Source: Podarcis gaigeae
Lineage: Eukaryota
Assembly (NCBI GenBank): GCA_964106915.2
Contig: OZ066918.1
DNA: 64,000 nt
Strand: one strand, 5' to 3'
The notes under the pieces were generated by a model. That model was not told the DNA's origin, made no database searches, and worked only from the letters and a program-made list of their open reading frames with translations. The number at the start of each line of letters is the position of its first letter. Position 1 is the stretch's first letter. Below are positions 39,656 to 51,993 of the stretch, in pieces. Made by a program: the position numbers and the translations under genes.

Positions 39656-42600
39656 ACTGTATTGAAATTAGCTATAACCTGTTACATATAACTACTTTTA
39701 TAGAGGTGGATTCATAAGTGTCCTGTTTATGTCTCTCTATTCTTCTGCTCATATCCCATCTCCAAACAGACTGACACTTGGGTGTCTGAATACAAAACAA
39801 AATTGGATTTGTAAACTTTTTCTGCTTGGATAAAATTAGCATTCTTAGATTTTGTACTTGCTTCTGAAATGGAAAATGGAACTCTAGTCACCAGACTTCT
39901 GTGACATCACAGCAACTCAGGCAATGTGCAAGGAATACTTTCAGACCAACAGTCTGTTAGGATTTGTCCATTGTTATTGCTGTTCTTTGTTTAACTTTTC
40001 CAAAAATATTTTCTGCCAAATCTCAATTTGTGCAGTTCTCACATTCGTGTCTCTTCTATGATGGCAATTAAGGTGGCTAGCCGTAATCTGACAAAGAAAA
40101 GCAATAAATCAAAGGTAAAATTAAGGAAGACCTTTTAACCAAAGGTTAAGAACAGCAGCAAACTAATATTATTTATCATTTTTGTTTTCTGGTAACTTAC
40201 CTTACAACAGCATCCACATTAAATGAGAATATTGGAAATAGTAGATGGATTTCCACCAGAAGAGGGCATCAAACCATAAGATACAGGAATAATTTTATGG
40301 TTAATTTCAAGGGCTTATTAAATTTGTAGTAGTGCCAGTTTGACATTTTTCTTTCTGTAAATTGCGTAGGTAGTCCCATAAAATGAAAACAAAGTACATG
40401 CCCAAAAGAACAACCAGAAATGAAGGAGAATACACTGCCAAAAATTAATGTACTGGTGTGGCTGACTAGTCTGTTAACAGGCCTCAAATTGCTCATCAGA
40501 GGCAAAAGTATAAAGGAGCTTATTTTAGTTCTCATGGAAACACATCCTTAAATTTTAGACGCCATAGTTAAGGCAGGAACAATGGATAACATATCAATAC
40601 ATTTAGAAACAAATTAGCATTGTGTGTTAAATACTCAGTTGGCTGCAAATGGCAATCTAGCTGACACTTGAGGTGTATATATTTAGGAACCACCTTATTT
40701 CTGTAAGTTTTTAATATTGTGTTTTAATGTTGTAGCCTGCCCATAGTCCTTGGGGTGAGGGGTGGGTGAACAACAGCAACAGCAGCAACAACAACACCAC
40801 AAACACCACCACCACCACAATAGCAGCTGCAGCAGTTTTCCTCTAGTTGTGAGATTATAAAAGATGTGCACTTGTAGGCAGAAGAAACATCAATTCTTTG
40901 CAACGTGAAGAAATCTAATTAAGAGGAACCTCAATGACTTATGGGGGAAATCCTTTATGTGCCCAGCAGATGGCAGCATATTCACACTTTTTAAAGTGGG
41001 CTCCAACTAACCTCCCTAATCGGCTTAATACCTGTATGTACCTGTCTTGAGACAGCAATAGAGGACATTTTGGAGGAAGTAATAGAGAATCTATTTAGGC
41101 TTATTGTTAAGTCATCATTTAGTATAATACAAGGTTTTGTAGGTCCAAACACACAACTAACAGACTACATAGAAAAAGGGAAGTAACCTCAAGGACTCAC
41201 TAAAGAACAGAGTGTTAGCTCCAACCCATAATATTGGGAGACAATATTTAACTGGCATTATCAGTTGCTACACTCATGATTGTGCAAATTGCCCACTGGA
41301 CATGTTGTCCTAGTCAACCCCACATGTAACTTCTTTCCAACCCATAAAATACCTGGAGAAGTTAGCTATGTCTAATTCTTCTAATGATCAGCAGTTGCTA
41401 TTTTTTAATCAATAAACGGCTAAAGCTGCAGGCAGAAGTGTCAAGATGCCTTTCAAGAGCATTGCTGTACCTAAGGTAAAGGGGTAAAACTCCCACCTCC
41501 AATGCCACAATCCCTTTGCTAGCAATTTAGTATAAAATAAATAAAAATCATCCACACAAGGGCTAAAGACATGAATAATATTACATCTAGTTTGCCCCTT
41601 GGTCATTTATAAATAAAGGGTACTACATGCACAACAGAGTTCTACAGCTCCCGAGTCAAAACCTCCCTCCACCTTGATGAAGAGTCACTGATAAGCACTC
41701 TCCCAGTTTTGCAACATCTATGAGACAGTATTGACCTGCTGTTAACCAGCTTTCTACCCAAAATAATGTGGGGAATTTGGCCAAATGCAATTATTTGCAA
41801 ACAAAAAACCCAACCCCATGTATTTTACTTATATCTCATTCTACTTTGGAAAGTTCAGAGGTAGTTATATAGGATTCTGAGCACACACTGATTAAGTACA
41901 TTTCCACTTAACTTCTATAATGCTATAGTGTTAGCTGCTCCCAGCTATTCATTCACTGGTCCATGTCAGATACTATATCCTATGAGTGTGCCTGGGCTAG
42001 TAGGGTTCTCATAGGGTCAGGACTGCTGCATCAGAACCTTTAGAATGGGCAGGGAAGCTGTGGACCTTCGGATGCTATTGGATTAGAGTTGCCAGACACC
42101 TCAGGACGGATCTGAGGTCTCCAGGGTTTCCTGATAACTCCCATGTACAGTAGCAGGGGGAGGGCTTGAAGACAATTATGCATGCAGCTTGCAATCTTTG
42201 GCCTTGCAGGAGCCAGTTGCAAATTATTACAAATACTTGGGGGGGGGCATGGGGAGTCTGCCCTCATCTCCAAATTAACCCCCATTGCTCAGTGGTGGGA
42301 GGAAGTGCAGAGGAAGAAAAAGAGCTGGGCTTAAGAGGAGGAGCATTTATGAGTGCACTTAAGCAACTGGAGGGAGGTGTGGGGCTGCAAAAGTGAGCGG
42401 AGTGAAGAGCAGCAGTAGGAGCCAATTTCTGCTGCTTCCACTCAGGGGAAATGACAGAGCCCAGAGAAAATGTTCCAAGTCTCATACATAATTCTCTCTC
42501 TCACACACACACATTTTAAAGGGGTTTATCCCAGTTATGCAATTGCCAGATGGCAACAAGTGCGAAGAGCTTGGGATTTGTCCCCTTTCAAAAATGCTGG

Positions 42601-44210
42601 CTATTTGCAAGGGATTGCTAAGCAACCTTTCCCCCTTTAAAACCCCCTCAATCCTCCATCCTTATTTGTTTTTCCTCTTGTCTGTAGCCTGTCGTTATTA
42701 GCAAACTTTTGTTAGTATTGGACTAAAGATGTAATTTCTGAAGATTAAAAAGAAAACCAGTTAGTATCAAAATGATTAAAGAAGATATATTCAAGCTTCC
42801 CCCCTGCCCTGGTAGTATTAAATAATGCAGTCTTACCAGACAGAGGGAGAATAAGAATAATTCCCCACATTCCTGGAAGTGCCACCAACTGGCTGTGCAG
42901 GTGACCTCTGTGTCCATCTGGTGGTGCTTCCCTGTAACATTGGAAATCAAATACAATTGTTGCCTGTGGTTAACCAAATGGAGAATGAAGGCACAGATGG
43001 TTAGAAAAGGCAACCATATGCTTCATGAAAAGTAATGGCAATTATGAGAAATGAGGAGTTTCCCACTACAGAACTAGTATGATATTCATTCATCTTCAAA
43101 ATAAAAAAGTTGTGTCTATTTGTAGTGGCTGTGTCAATGGGGAGTATGATTGCTTTCTGGCAACATTCATTCTGATTTGTCTACGGGGAGGCTGGATGTT
43201 ATGTCTTGCAAAAGTTGAAGCTCTGCTGCTCATGCTGGCCAAGATGGGAAGGGGGGAGTGTAGTTTCATCCTCCAAGTTTTGCTATGTTAGCTGCATGCT
43301 GGCACAGTAGAGAGGCCTGGATCAGGCCCACTGCCAGTAGCTTGACCAACTTAGGATACAGTGAAACCTTGGCCAGCCCAGTTTGACTGCGTCTCCCCTG
43401 GCCATAGAAATGCCATCTGAGCCAGGTGGAAGGAAACTTCCACTGCAACCACCACCCTCCGGTGTGGTGAATCGGGGGTTTGATTGTTCTGTTGATATTC
43501 CCACCCCCCTGTAATAATGCAATGATTTGCCCTTCTTTCCCAGATAAGCCCTTAGACAAGCATGCCAATACCAAGTATAATACTGTTGTTCTATCTGCAC
43601 AACACTTTGCAGCAGTCCAAAAGAACTTGTTCCTGCTTTCGCTCATGCATTCTGCTTCTGGATGCAACCACTTCGGAATACAACAATCCTTGGCTTGAAT
43701 GAGATAGAAAGATAGAAGAAAGTGAGAAGGACACCATGTATGCTCTGTTAAATGCTCTGAGAATATTCATTAAATCCAGTTCCACTGTAATTGTGACTTC
43801 AAGCTAATATAGGTATGTATTAATAATATTTAATTAGTAAAATTGTAATTATAGTTGTAAGTAGAAATCAGAGGTGCTCCAAGATTCTTGGCTATCTTAA
43901 GGCAAAAGCCTGATGGATTGGCAGTTGAATCATATTTCAACACTAGTGATGGCACAGTGCCTTCCACCACACCTGAGGGCAGTAGGCTAGCTTAGGGAGC
44001 ACAGTGCAGGACACAAGACACACTTGGTGCCTTCCAACACCTTGCTACTGTTCCTCAACTCCCAGCACCTGCCACATGAGGTGACCGCCTCAGTCTGCCT
44101 AGTTTCAACCGGCCCAGATAGCTGTGGTTGATGTGACATCTCAGGATATGCAGCTGAAATACTGTTGGGCTCGCTTTCCTCCAAATTAAGACATTGTAAC
44201 TTCTTAACTA

Positions 44211-44443
44211 TAGTGGTACCTCGGTTTTCGAATGTCCTGGAAGCCAAACATTTCAGTTTTCGAATACCAAAAACCCAGAAGTAAATGCTTTGAACATGCC
44301 TTGGAAGTCAAATGGCTTCCGCTGCGTGTACATGTTATTTTTTCAGCTTCCTGCAGACTGCCCTTTGCGCTTTGGTTTTCAAACGTTTCGGAAGTTGAAT
44401 GGTCTTCCAGAACGGATTATGTTCGGAAACCAAGGTACCACTC
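44211..44443. mobile_element. Tc1/mariner-class MITE, related subfamily
   Basis: TA|TAGTGGTACCTCGGTTTTCGAA ... TTCGGAAACCAAGGTACCACTC|TA. Confidence 0.8.
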
Positions 44444-44906
44444 TACTTCTATAAACAGATAGGAGCTGGGACTCTTAATGTGCATACATTCTACTTGTCT
44501 GTATAGTTAGTTCATATTAGTGAGTTACTTTTCTGTTTAAAGCCTAGTGCTCTCTGCTCTCAGTTTAATGAAAATGTAAAATTTACAACCTAAGTAGATT
44601 TTAAAGAGTATCCACGGGCAGCATTGTTGCTTTCTAATCCTTGTCAGTGAACCATCCCAGTGATAAGTACTTTACAAAAGCGGATTGATAGATGAGATAT
44701 ATTGACATTGTCTCATGCCAATAGACCTCTTTCAAGGTCAGGAATCAGAGCTCAGATTACTGATGTGGGCCAGAGGGGGCTTTACCTTCTGTGATTAGCA
44801 TCATGTGATTATGCTTTTAAAGCCTATGTGTGGCATGATTTGGATAAAATGGGGTAAGGAATCAGGATGGGACTTCTTGGATTTTATCGTCGCCTATCTT
44901 TGCTGC

Positions 44907-45050
44907 CATAGAAATGTAGAAACATAGAGTTGGAAGGGACCACAAAGATCTTCTAGTCCAACTCCGTGCAATGCAGGAATATTTCACCCAACATGGGGCT
45001 CAAACCCACAACCCTGAGATTAAGAATCTCATGCTCTACCGACTGAGCTA
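44907..45050 (-). mobile_element. tRNA-Lys(CTT)-derived SINE with a CR1-LINE-type 3' tail
   Basis: Minus strand TAGCTCAGTCGGTAGAGCATGAGATTCTTAATCTCAGGGTTGTGGGTTTGAGCCCCATGTTGGGTG is tRNA-Lys lacking its first 7 nt. It is joined to TTCCTGCATTGCA...TTGGACTAGA...GGTCCCTTCCAACTCTA, a CR1-type end. Confidence 0.85.
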
Positions 45051-47216
45051 ATTCAAGCATTGGCAGGAATAAAATATTTAGTAATATAGTTGCCATTGCC
45101 CAAGACAGGCTTTGAACTTAGCCCTGCAAGCTCTATTCCTAAGGCTGGAGAAGCCACGTTTTGGTTTGTTTATTTGTACACTACGTATAGCAGTTAGGGT
45201 GGATAGAGTCAGAACCTTAACATTCTTTGTAGTTAAACACTTTTCAATAAGCACTAAATTAATTGCCTTGTGTGTAATTTTTGTTAGTGAATATTTTTTC
45301 ACCCTGTTTATGTGGCACTACAATGCTTTCCTATTTTTCAGTACATTTTGGAATGCTATTTCATGGAAGCAAAATCCAAATTATTATGAGACTGGTATCC
45401 AGTGCTTCTGAGATATTTCACCAAACAGCTCTATGAAGTAAGCTATGACAATTTATATTTCACATAGGAATTAAGTGGATACAATATAACTCCCCTCCCG
45501 TGGCCACAAAGTTTCCATGTATATATACTTCTTCCTGCAATTTCTTTCTAAATGTCAGCATATTAGCATCACGGGGGAAACCCATGATAATAATGTAGAG
45601 AGAAGTGTACTGGAAATAGCATGATGATTAAGGATGCAAAAGGCTGCCATCAAATCACAATGACTGAGCAAAACCTTGATTCTCACAGTACATGAAGGAG
45701 AAAGTTGCAAATGGAGATGTTTAATGATTGAACATGTAAAGGGGAAGAAGAGCGGGCCGAACTAGCTCTGAAATGAATGTTAATGCATGAGCACACACCA
45801 CTTTGCTTTATTGTAGCAACAGATCAGCTTCTGAGGCTAGTTCCTAAGGGATAAAAATTGAGCGAAGAAGAATTACTTGTTTAATTCATCATGCCTGCTG
45901 TAGGATTCTTTACCATTTGCAACTGTAGCAAAGGAAATGATATGGCAAATATGACTGAATTGTACAGGTTGCCAAAGATTATTTATAAAGGTGACTGAAT
46001 TGGAAATGACAAGCTTGAGGGTATATACATTGCAGTGCAAGTTACATAAATTTCAGAACACCAGCGTCTACTGCCTCTTTTGCCTTCTTAGGTGGGCAAA
46101 CATACACATACCTGTGCAACTTGACGGTTTACAAAATAGTTATCCTTTTTTACATACGCAGTTCTTGTTATTTAGCGAGCAGATACATTTGTTGCATGCT
46201 GAAAGAAAAATAGTCCATGTGCAGCTGTTCTTGGTTAGAACAGCTACAGCAGTTTGGGGGCCGGGAAGTGATATGTAACAATACTGATCTGAACAACCAC
46301 ATCCCTCTGCTCAAGATGAATGCAATCCACCAGCCATGTATTGCCAACTGCTTGCCAACCCCATTTTTTTCTGTCCCAGGCAGGCACCAAAAGCAGACCT
46401 GTTGGGACTACAATGTGTGGCTAGTGAGACATGTTTCATGGGGTGGGCAGCATTGTGCATCTCTGGGGAGCTTGTGTCTTGCAAGTTCCCCAGGCATGCA
46501 CGACAACATCTAATATTTAATAACTAATGAGGACTTCAGCAAACAAAAATGTCAGGAATATTTGAACCCACTGTTATCAAGATTCAGATTGCTAAACGAG
46601 ATGAACTCCACTCAGTGAAATGAGAATTAACTGTCTTATCTCAGTCAGCTTTCATTGTGGGATTTGTATTGCGTCAAGGAATAAAACAATGCATGAAGGC
46701 AACTATATCCAGACTTATTCAGCCCTGCCTTCTAATTATTTGGGGTGCTGTTCAACCATCGCAAGAAGAAGGTGAGGAGAGTAGATGTCTCCAGAGAAGT
46801 GAAGTCTGAGGGTGCAGTTTCCTCTTCTTCATCATACATTTATTTGGAATGCAAGTCCCACTGAATTCTGTGCAGTATGCTCCAAATGTTCCATATACTG
46901 AGTGAAGAATCCATCTACTTCTGTATACAAATAGCTGAGCTGTACACTTATTATTCACATATAACATTCAGTAAGTGTACAGTCTGTGTACATCCTATGT
47001 CAAAGGGTGGAATGGTGGAGTAGGCAAACATGTTTTCATCCTGTAAAAGAATGGTGATTTTAAAAGAAATGTGTTTTTAATAGCATTTTGATATGCTGAA
47101 AGAAGTATTAATTATGAATTTAGCAAAGAATAAATCAATAATAACATAACCCCCAGAGTGGGACACATCACCATCTGTGGAATAAATTGCTCCACAATTG
47201 TGTGTGAGAGAGACTT

Positions 47217-47264
47217 AGAGAGGAGGAGGAGGAGAAGAGAGAGAGAGAGAGAGAGACAGAGAGA
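47217..47264. repeat. (GAG)n/(GA)n purine tract upstream of the second CpG island
   Basis: Seen directly. Confidence 0.85.
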
Positions 47265-47609
47265 TTGGTGGCAGGTTGTGGCATTATCAACCAAAAAAGT
47301 TACAAAAGCATACCGCATTTCTATAAAATCTTTCAAAGCCATTCAAGCTTTTCAGGAAGCTTCTCCTTTAAGGCCACTCTCCTATGCTTTTTGTCTGCAT
47401 AGGAGTGGCAGTCTATTTCTATATCACTCATGCCTGCCAGCCTTCCCCTCTCCATGAAAGCAGGACCTTGGAAGCCAAGTGAAAGGGGGCTTAGTTCCGA
47501 CAAGCTTTGCCCTCCCCCCGCCCCATATCATGTAGCTGCACAGCTCGCACCCCGCCTCTCATGCCTCTTGCCCATGGAGGGCCAGGGGAGGCCTGCCTGC
47601 CAAGCGCCT

Positions 47610-48310
47610 TCTCCCTCTCCCCTCCCGCCGGAGGCCCCTGACTGAAGCGCTGCGCCGGGCGGCTAAAGCGATTGTTCGTCTAGATTCTGCTGGTGCTGCA
47701 GCAGCGCCCGGCTCGGCAGGGACGAGCCCCGCCCAGCCCCGGCCGCTCGCCGCCCGCATTGGCTGCAGCGGCCGGCTGTTGTGATTCCCCCTGGCGCTCC
47801 CTCGCCTCGCCTGGGCGCGCTGCAGACAGGTACCGCCCTCTTGCTCTCACTCCCCGGCGGCACATGGGGGAGATGCTGCCCAGCTGCATCCGGCTGGCAT
47901 CTGGGGCTTGCTCTTCGGTCTTGGCGCTCCCTGCAGCCGCCGGCTCTCCCTCGCTCCGCCCGAGCCATGTCCACCAGAGGTGAGTGTGCGTCTCTCCGCC
48001 TGGATGGAGGAGCAGCATCTTCCCCTGTGGTCGCTTGGAGATAGAAGGCTGGGCGGGCAGGCAGGCAGGCAGGCAGGGCCAGCTCTCTGCCTGTGGTGGT
48101 GGTGGTGTTGTTGTGTGCCGGCGGTGGCTACGTTAATATCCTTTCCCCCTTGCCAACGCATACCTGTCTCCGCAAGAAACTTCGCCGCGCATTCCCTTTC
48201 ATTCTGCTTTTGTTTGATGTGGAAGTGGGGGCAGTGGGAGGGGGGGAGGGAGAAGAGCTTGAGAGATATTTGGGAAATCGGTGGCTTTTGTACGCCCCGG
48301 TCCACAGCAC
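47610..48310 (+). promoter_or_regulatory. CpG island promoter of a plus-strand gene (probably ABLIM1)
   Basis: CpG-rich; GC box CCCCGCCC at 47727-47734; inverted CCAAT (ATTGG) at 47758-47762; contains a first coding micro-exon. Confidence 0.85.
47967..47979 (+). CDS. ABLIM1: First coding exon (MSTR + G, phase 1), probably the distal first exon of actin-binding LIM protein 1
   Basis: GCC ATG TCC ACC AGA G|GTGAGT: good Kozak context and consensus donor inside a CpG island. ABLIM1 is the head-to-head neighbour of FHIP2A in human, and its shared exon (V-AHPQ...) is entered in phase 1 as I recall. No downstream exon lies in the window, so the identity rests on synteny. Confidence 0.7.
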
Positions 48311-51300
48311 TCTCGCTTTTACTATGGGTGCAAGAAGGGATTGGATGGGCTTGTGCTACTTAATCACCTTTCTTGGGATAAAGGTGGGGTGAGGAGATTT
48401 AGTTCCCACCCCACCCTTCTTGGTACCATTTTGCAGCTCTACCGATGGAAGAATTCCAGGGGTTGATGCACCAAGATATTTAAAGCTGCAGTACATCCTT
48501 TTTTCGTGGGTGGGAAGCAACGACGTGTCAGATCGTTCTCAGCTTGCGTTTTCTGGAGGCATATTAAAATATTTCTCGGAAGGGTTTGCAAGCTAGAAAG
48601 GGAAGCCAATGCCTATATCCCCCCCCCCCCTTTGCAGTGTGAGAGGGAGATATTTTTGCTGTGTTTTCAGAGTAGGTTACAACCCCTAAGGTGCTGATGC
48701 TTACTAATGAAGTGTTATAGATAGTTCAACAACAGGATTATTAATTTGTGGTAGGATGTGTTCTGAATAACAGTACTATTTTTTTCTGAGGTGTGGGAAC
48801 AGCTGATTTTTATTTGCATCTGTGTGCATTCCCCCAATCCCTCCCCCCATATTGATCATGTGTACTTCTTAATCATTAATCCGGCTGTCATATGCAAACT
48901 TTCCTGGGACTAGATCCCATTGAACTCAGCAGGAGTTTATTATTAAGTAAACACACATTGAATTGTGTTTAAGAGGCCTAAATATGAAATTTCTTCTTGG
49001 GTAGATGTGTGATATTTATTTGATAGAGGGAATGCTACAGTGGTTGAAAGAAGCTTTCTTCTTCATATATTTAAGAAACCAATACATGTCTATTTACAAG
49101 GCATTACATATGCTTAACACCAAGGCCCATTAAAGACTGTGGGTCAATTTCATACCATATGCTAGGTATATGGTGAGCTAGGTGTAGTTTCTTCTCAGTG
49201 GAACACTTCTTGGAGAAAACACATTCTCTGCAGGGTTAAGGCCAGAATATGCAATGGCTATTAATTTTCACGGCATTAGTATGCCATCCTCATATATTTA
49301 ATTTGTCTCCAGAGGCAACGCCCAGAATAAGTTCATGGGTGTGGCTGTTTTGCTATTGGAAGCAGGGTGGGGGAAGAGAGGGATAGGAGATGAATTTCCG
49401 ATCCTGAGCTGTTTTTTTTTTAACAGCATTTCCCCTTTCAGGGTGCTGCGATGTCACAGTACTGACTCAGCTGAATTGTCAGATCTAGGAAGTATAACTC
49501 AAACCTGGCTTTAGGTTCTCGGCTTATTCTGATTTGTAGGCTTCTGGCTGTAGTTTTTGTTCTCTTCCAAAAGCTTTATAATGAAAACAACTCAAATGTT
49601 TCATTTTTGTTCAGGATTTGTGCTTTTAATCCTTGATTGTAATATTACTCCTCATGCCATATTCTGTCTGATATCTACGGCTAGCAGCCTGGTGATTTAC
49701 AAGGTCCTATTAACCAGTGATGGGTCTCATCATACTATCATGAAGTCCCTTTGTCAGAAGCCAGCATGTTACTGTAAGAGAGGGAATACTGAGAAGATCC
49801 TCAGCTAGTGGTGTAAGAGAGTGCCTCGGCTCTCTGCCAGTGTTTGAATATTGTTACACAAGGAAGAGGGACCTGGCGGGTGGTGATGGTGGCACCACTC
49901 CATGAGTTATGTTATGTGCAACATAACTATACCACAGTGGCCGTATGGAGAGGGTATTGTTCAATCCCTGTCTCATCAACATTCTTATGCATGTAAAATA
50001 AGAGTGGGACAAGTTAGATGATCCCGATACTTGTGCTGTATACCCTTATGTGGTAATCATGAGAACTTACATTTTTGTGTGTAATTTCTGATACATGTTA
50101 TGCCAGCATAAGAACCTTAAGATGTTGTGTTCAGTTGTATTTTTGGGTGGTATATTGTGTATGAGTGTGCTTGCACTGTTTTACGTGGCTTGTATTAGCT
50201 GCAGTTCAGCATGGTGGATTCTAGGCCAAAGCTGGATTGTGTAAGAATCAGTTTACGCTAAACAATCTGTCTACACTAATCAATAAACTGTGTGCTATAC
50301 TGTGGAGTGGGGAATATCTGGCACATGGGCCAAATTAAGCCTTCTAAGCTAGTCAATTTTGCCTGCATGGCCATTTTGCAATGTTCTGCTGCAAAGGAAG
50401 AAACCAGGAACATGTTCTAAATGAATCTAGAATTAAGTTAATCAAAATTTCTCATTTTTGTGGTCTAGTTGGCACCGTTCCTCCTATTGTGAATAGTGTT
50501 TATAACTCTCTCTGCAGGAGAATTCTGTACTGCAGAAAAACTACTGAAATTGTTTTGGGTAAGTTATAACAACATTTGTGCTAGGACTCCTATTGTTATA
50601 ACAGCAACGTCTGTTCTACAGGATTCTACACTAGGATTTTTAATTGCAAATAAGATCAAAATAAACTGGCAAGGGCTACTTCTGATGCTTGGGTCACTTC
50701 ATTAGGATGCATGCCACATTTAGTGATGGGGCATTTTCTGGGGCTCATGCACCCTGGAAGTGCCCTATGAGGTTGACACTTCACATACCTTCATTGGTGC
50801 TCCCTGACCCCAGGGTCTTGTGTGAGCTTATTCACTGGTGGAGCCCTTAAGCTTCCAGCCTGCTACAGTGCTGCCTCCACTGGTAACCCTGTGAAATTGG
50901 TGGCTGCAGCAGTGCCAGTGGACTGTTAATACTGGGGGCGTGATTGATATTGGAAATCCCACTAAGGGCAGTCTGCCCAATGACCCCCATAATCTGGAAC
51001 CAGATCTGCACATTTAAAACTTTATATATTGGGAGTCCATAACAAAAACTATATAAACGTGGGGGGTTCTCTCTCTAGTTTTGCCTTCAGTTTTTCTCCT
51101 GGTTTGCCCATGTTCTTTGGACTATTAGTTCTTTAACATCCCTGACAGAGGAAGGATAAAAGTAGCAGATAGCCAGAATTGAGCTCAGTGTATCTTCCAG
51201 CATGCATACTGTGTGTTCCAATGTGATCTTACTGTGCTTGTGTTCAGCGACTGCATATACTGTGGTTCACATGGATAGTAGTATTTCACGATACTTTAGC

Positions 51301-51916
51301 CAATGGTCATTGTTCCAAGGAAACCTAATTTATACAGATAGTTTCTTCTTCTTGCTACTGCCTGCTAAATTTATGATTATCTAACTGCTGCAAAAATCTG
51401 CTTAGATGGCACACATAAACTGAGTGGCTTTTTAATTCCCCATAAATTAACCTAACAACTTCTGTTTTATAACAGGGTGTGCTATTCATTAGAGATGAAA
51501 ACAACCCTTGAAGTGCTAGACTTAAAAAAAACACGTTCACCCATGTATCTTGAGTTGCAGCTTGGAAATTCATTTTTCTTTATCTTGTTTACAAGTTCAA
51601 TGGAAATTTTGGGGGGGAATATGAGGAATGGTTTAGCATGAACAGCTATCAAAATGGATATGAGCTGGTAGTTTCCTTTCATTGTTCATTAAGACAATGA
51701 ATCTTAAGCTATTTTGGATGCTCATATTGCAGCAGAATTTGAGAGAAGGGAAATGAGCATTGGTCTATGGTTAGCAAGGCAGACAAGCGGCTCAGTTCCA
51801 TGCATTATTTGGGAGTAATCACCATGAAGTTCAATAAGGCTTCCTTCCATACAACTGTGTGTTGCGTTGGAGTCCAAATCACTCACAGACTTTTAGGCTG
51901 GCTTCCAGCCAAGTTC

Positions 51917-51993
51917 TACTCAGAGTAGAGACCCTGGAATAAATAGACTTAAGTAAGACATGCCCATTAATTTCAAAGGGTCTACTCTGAGTA
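51917..51993. repeat. Short palindromic (hairpin) interspersed element
   Basis: TACTCAGAGTAGA...CCC / GGG-TCTACTCTGAGTA arms; similar decayed palindromic repeats near 7542-7630, 19195-19272 and 31714-32047. Confidence 0.6.

Noticed and set aside
44985-45050. Functional tRNA-Lys gene
   Set aside because: The 5' acceptor-stem strand is missing, the B box is mutated and it is fused to a CR1 tail, so it is a SINE head.
45991-46278. ORF starting MTELEMT as an ABLIM1 alternative first exon
   Set aside because: Starts at GTG, lies upstream of the CpG island and has only superficial similarity.
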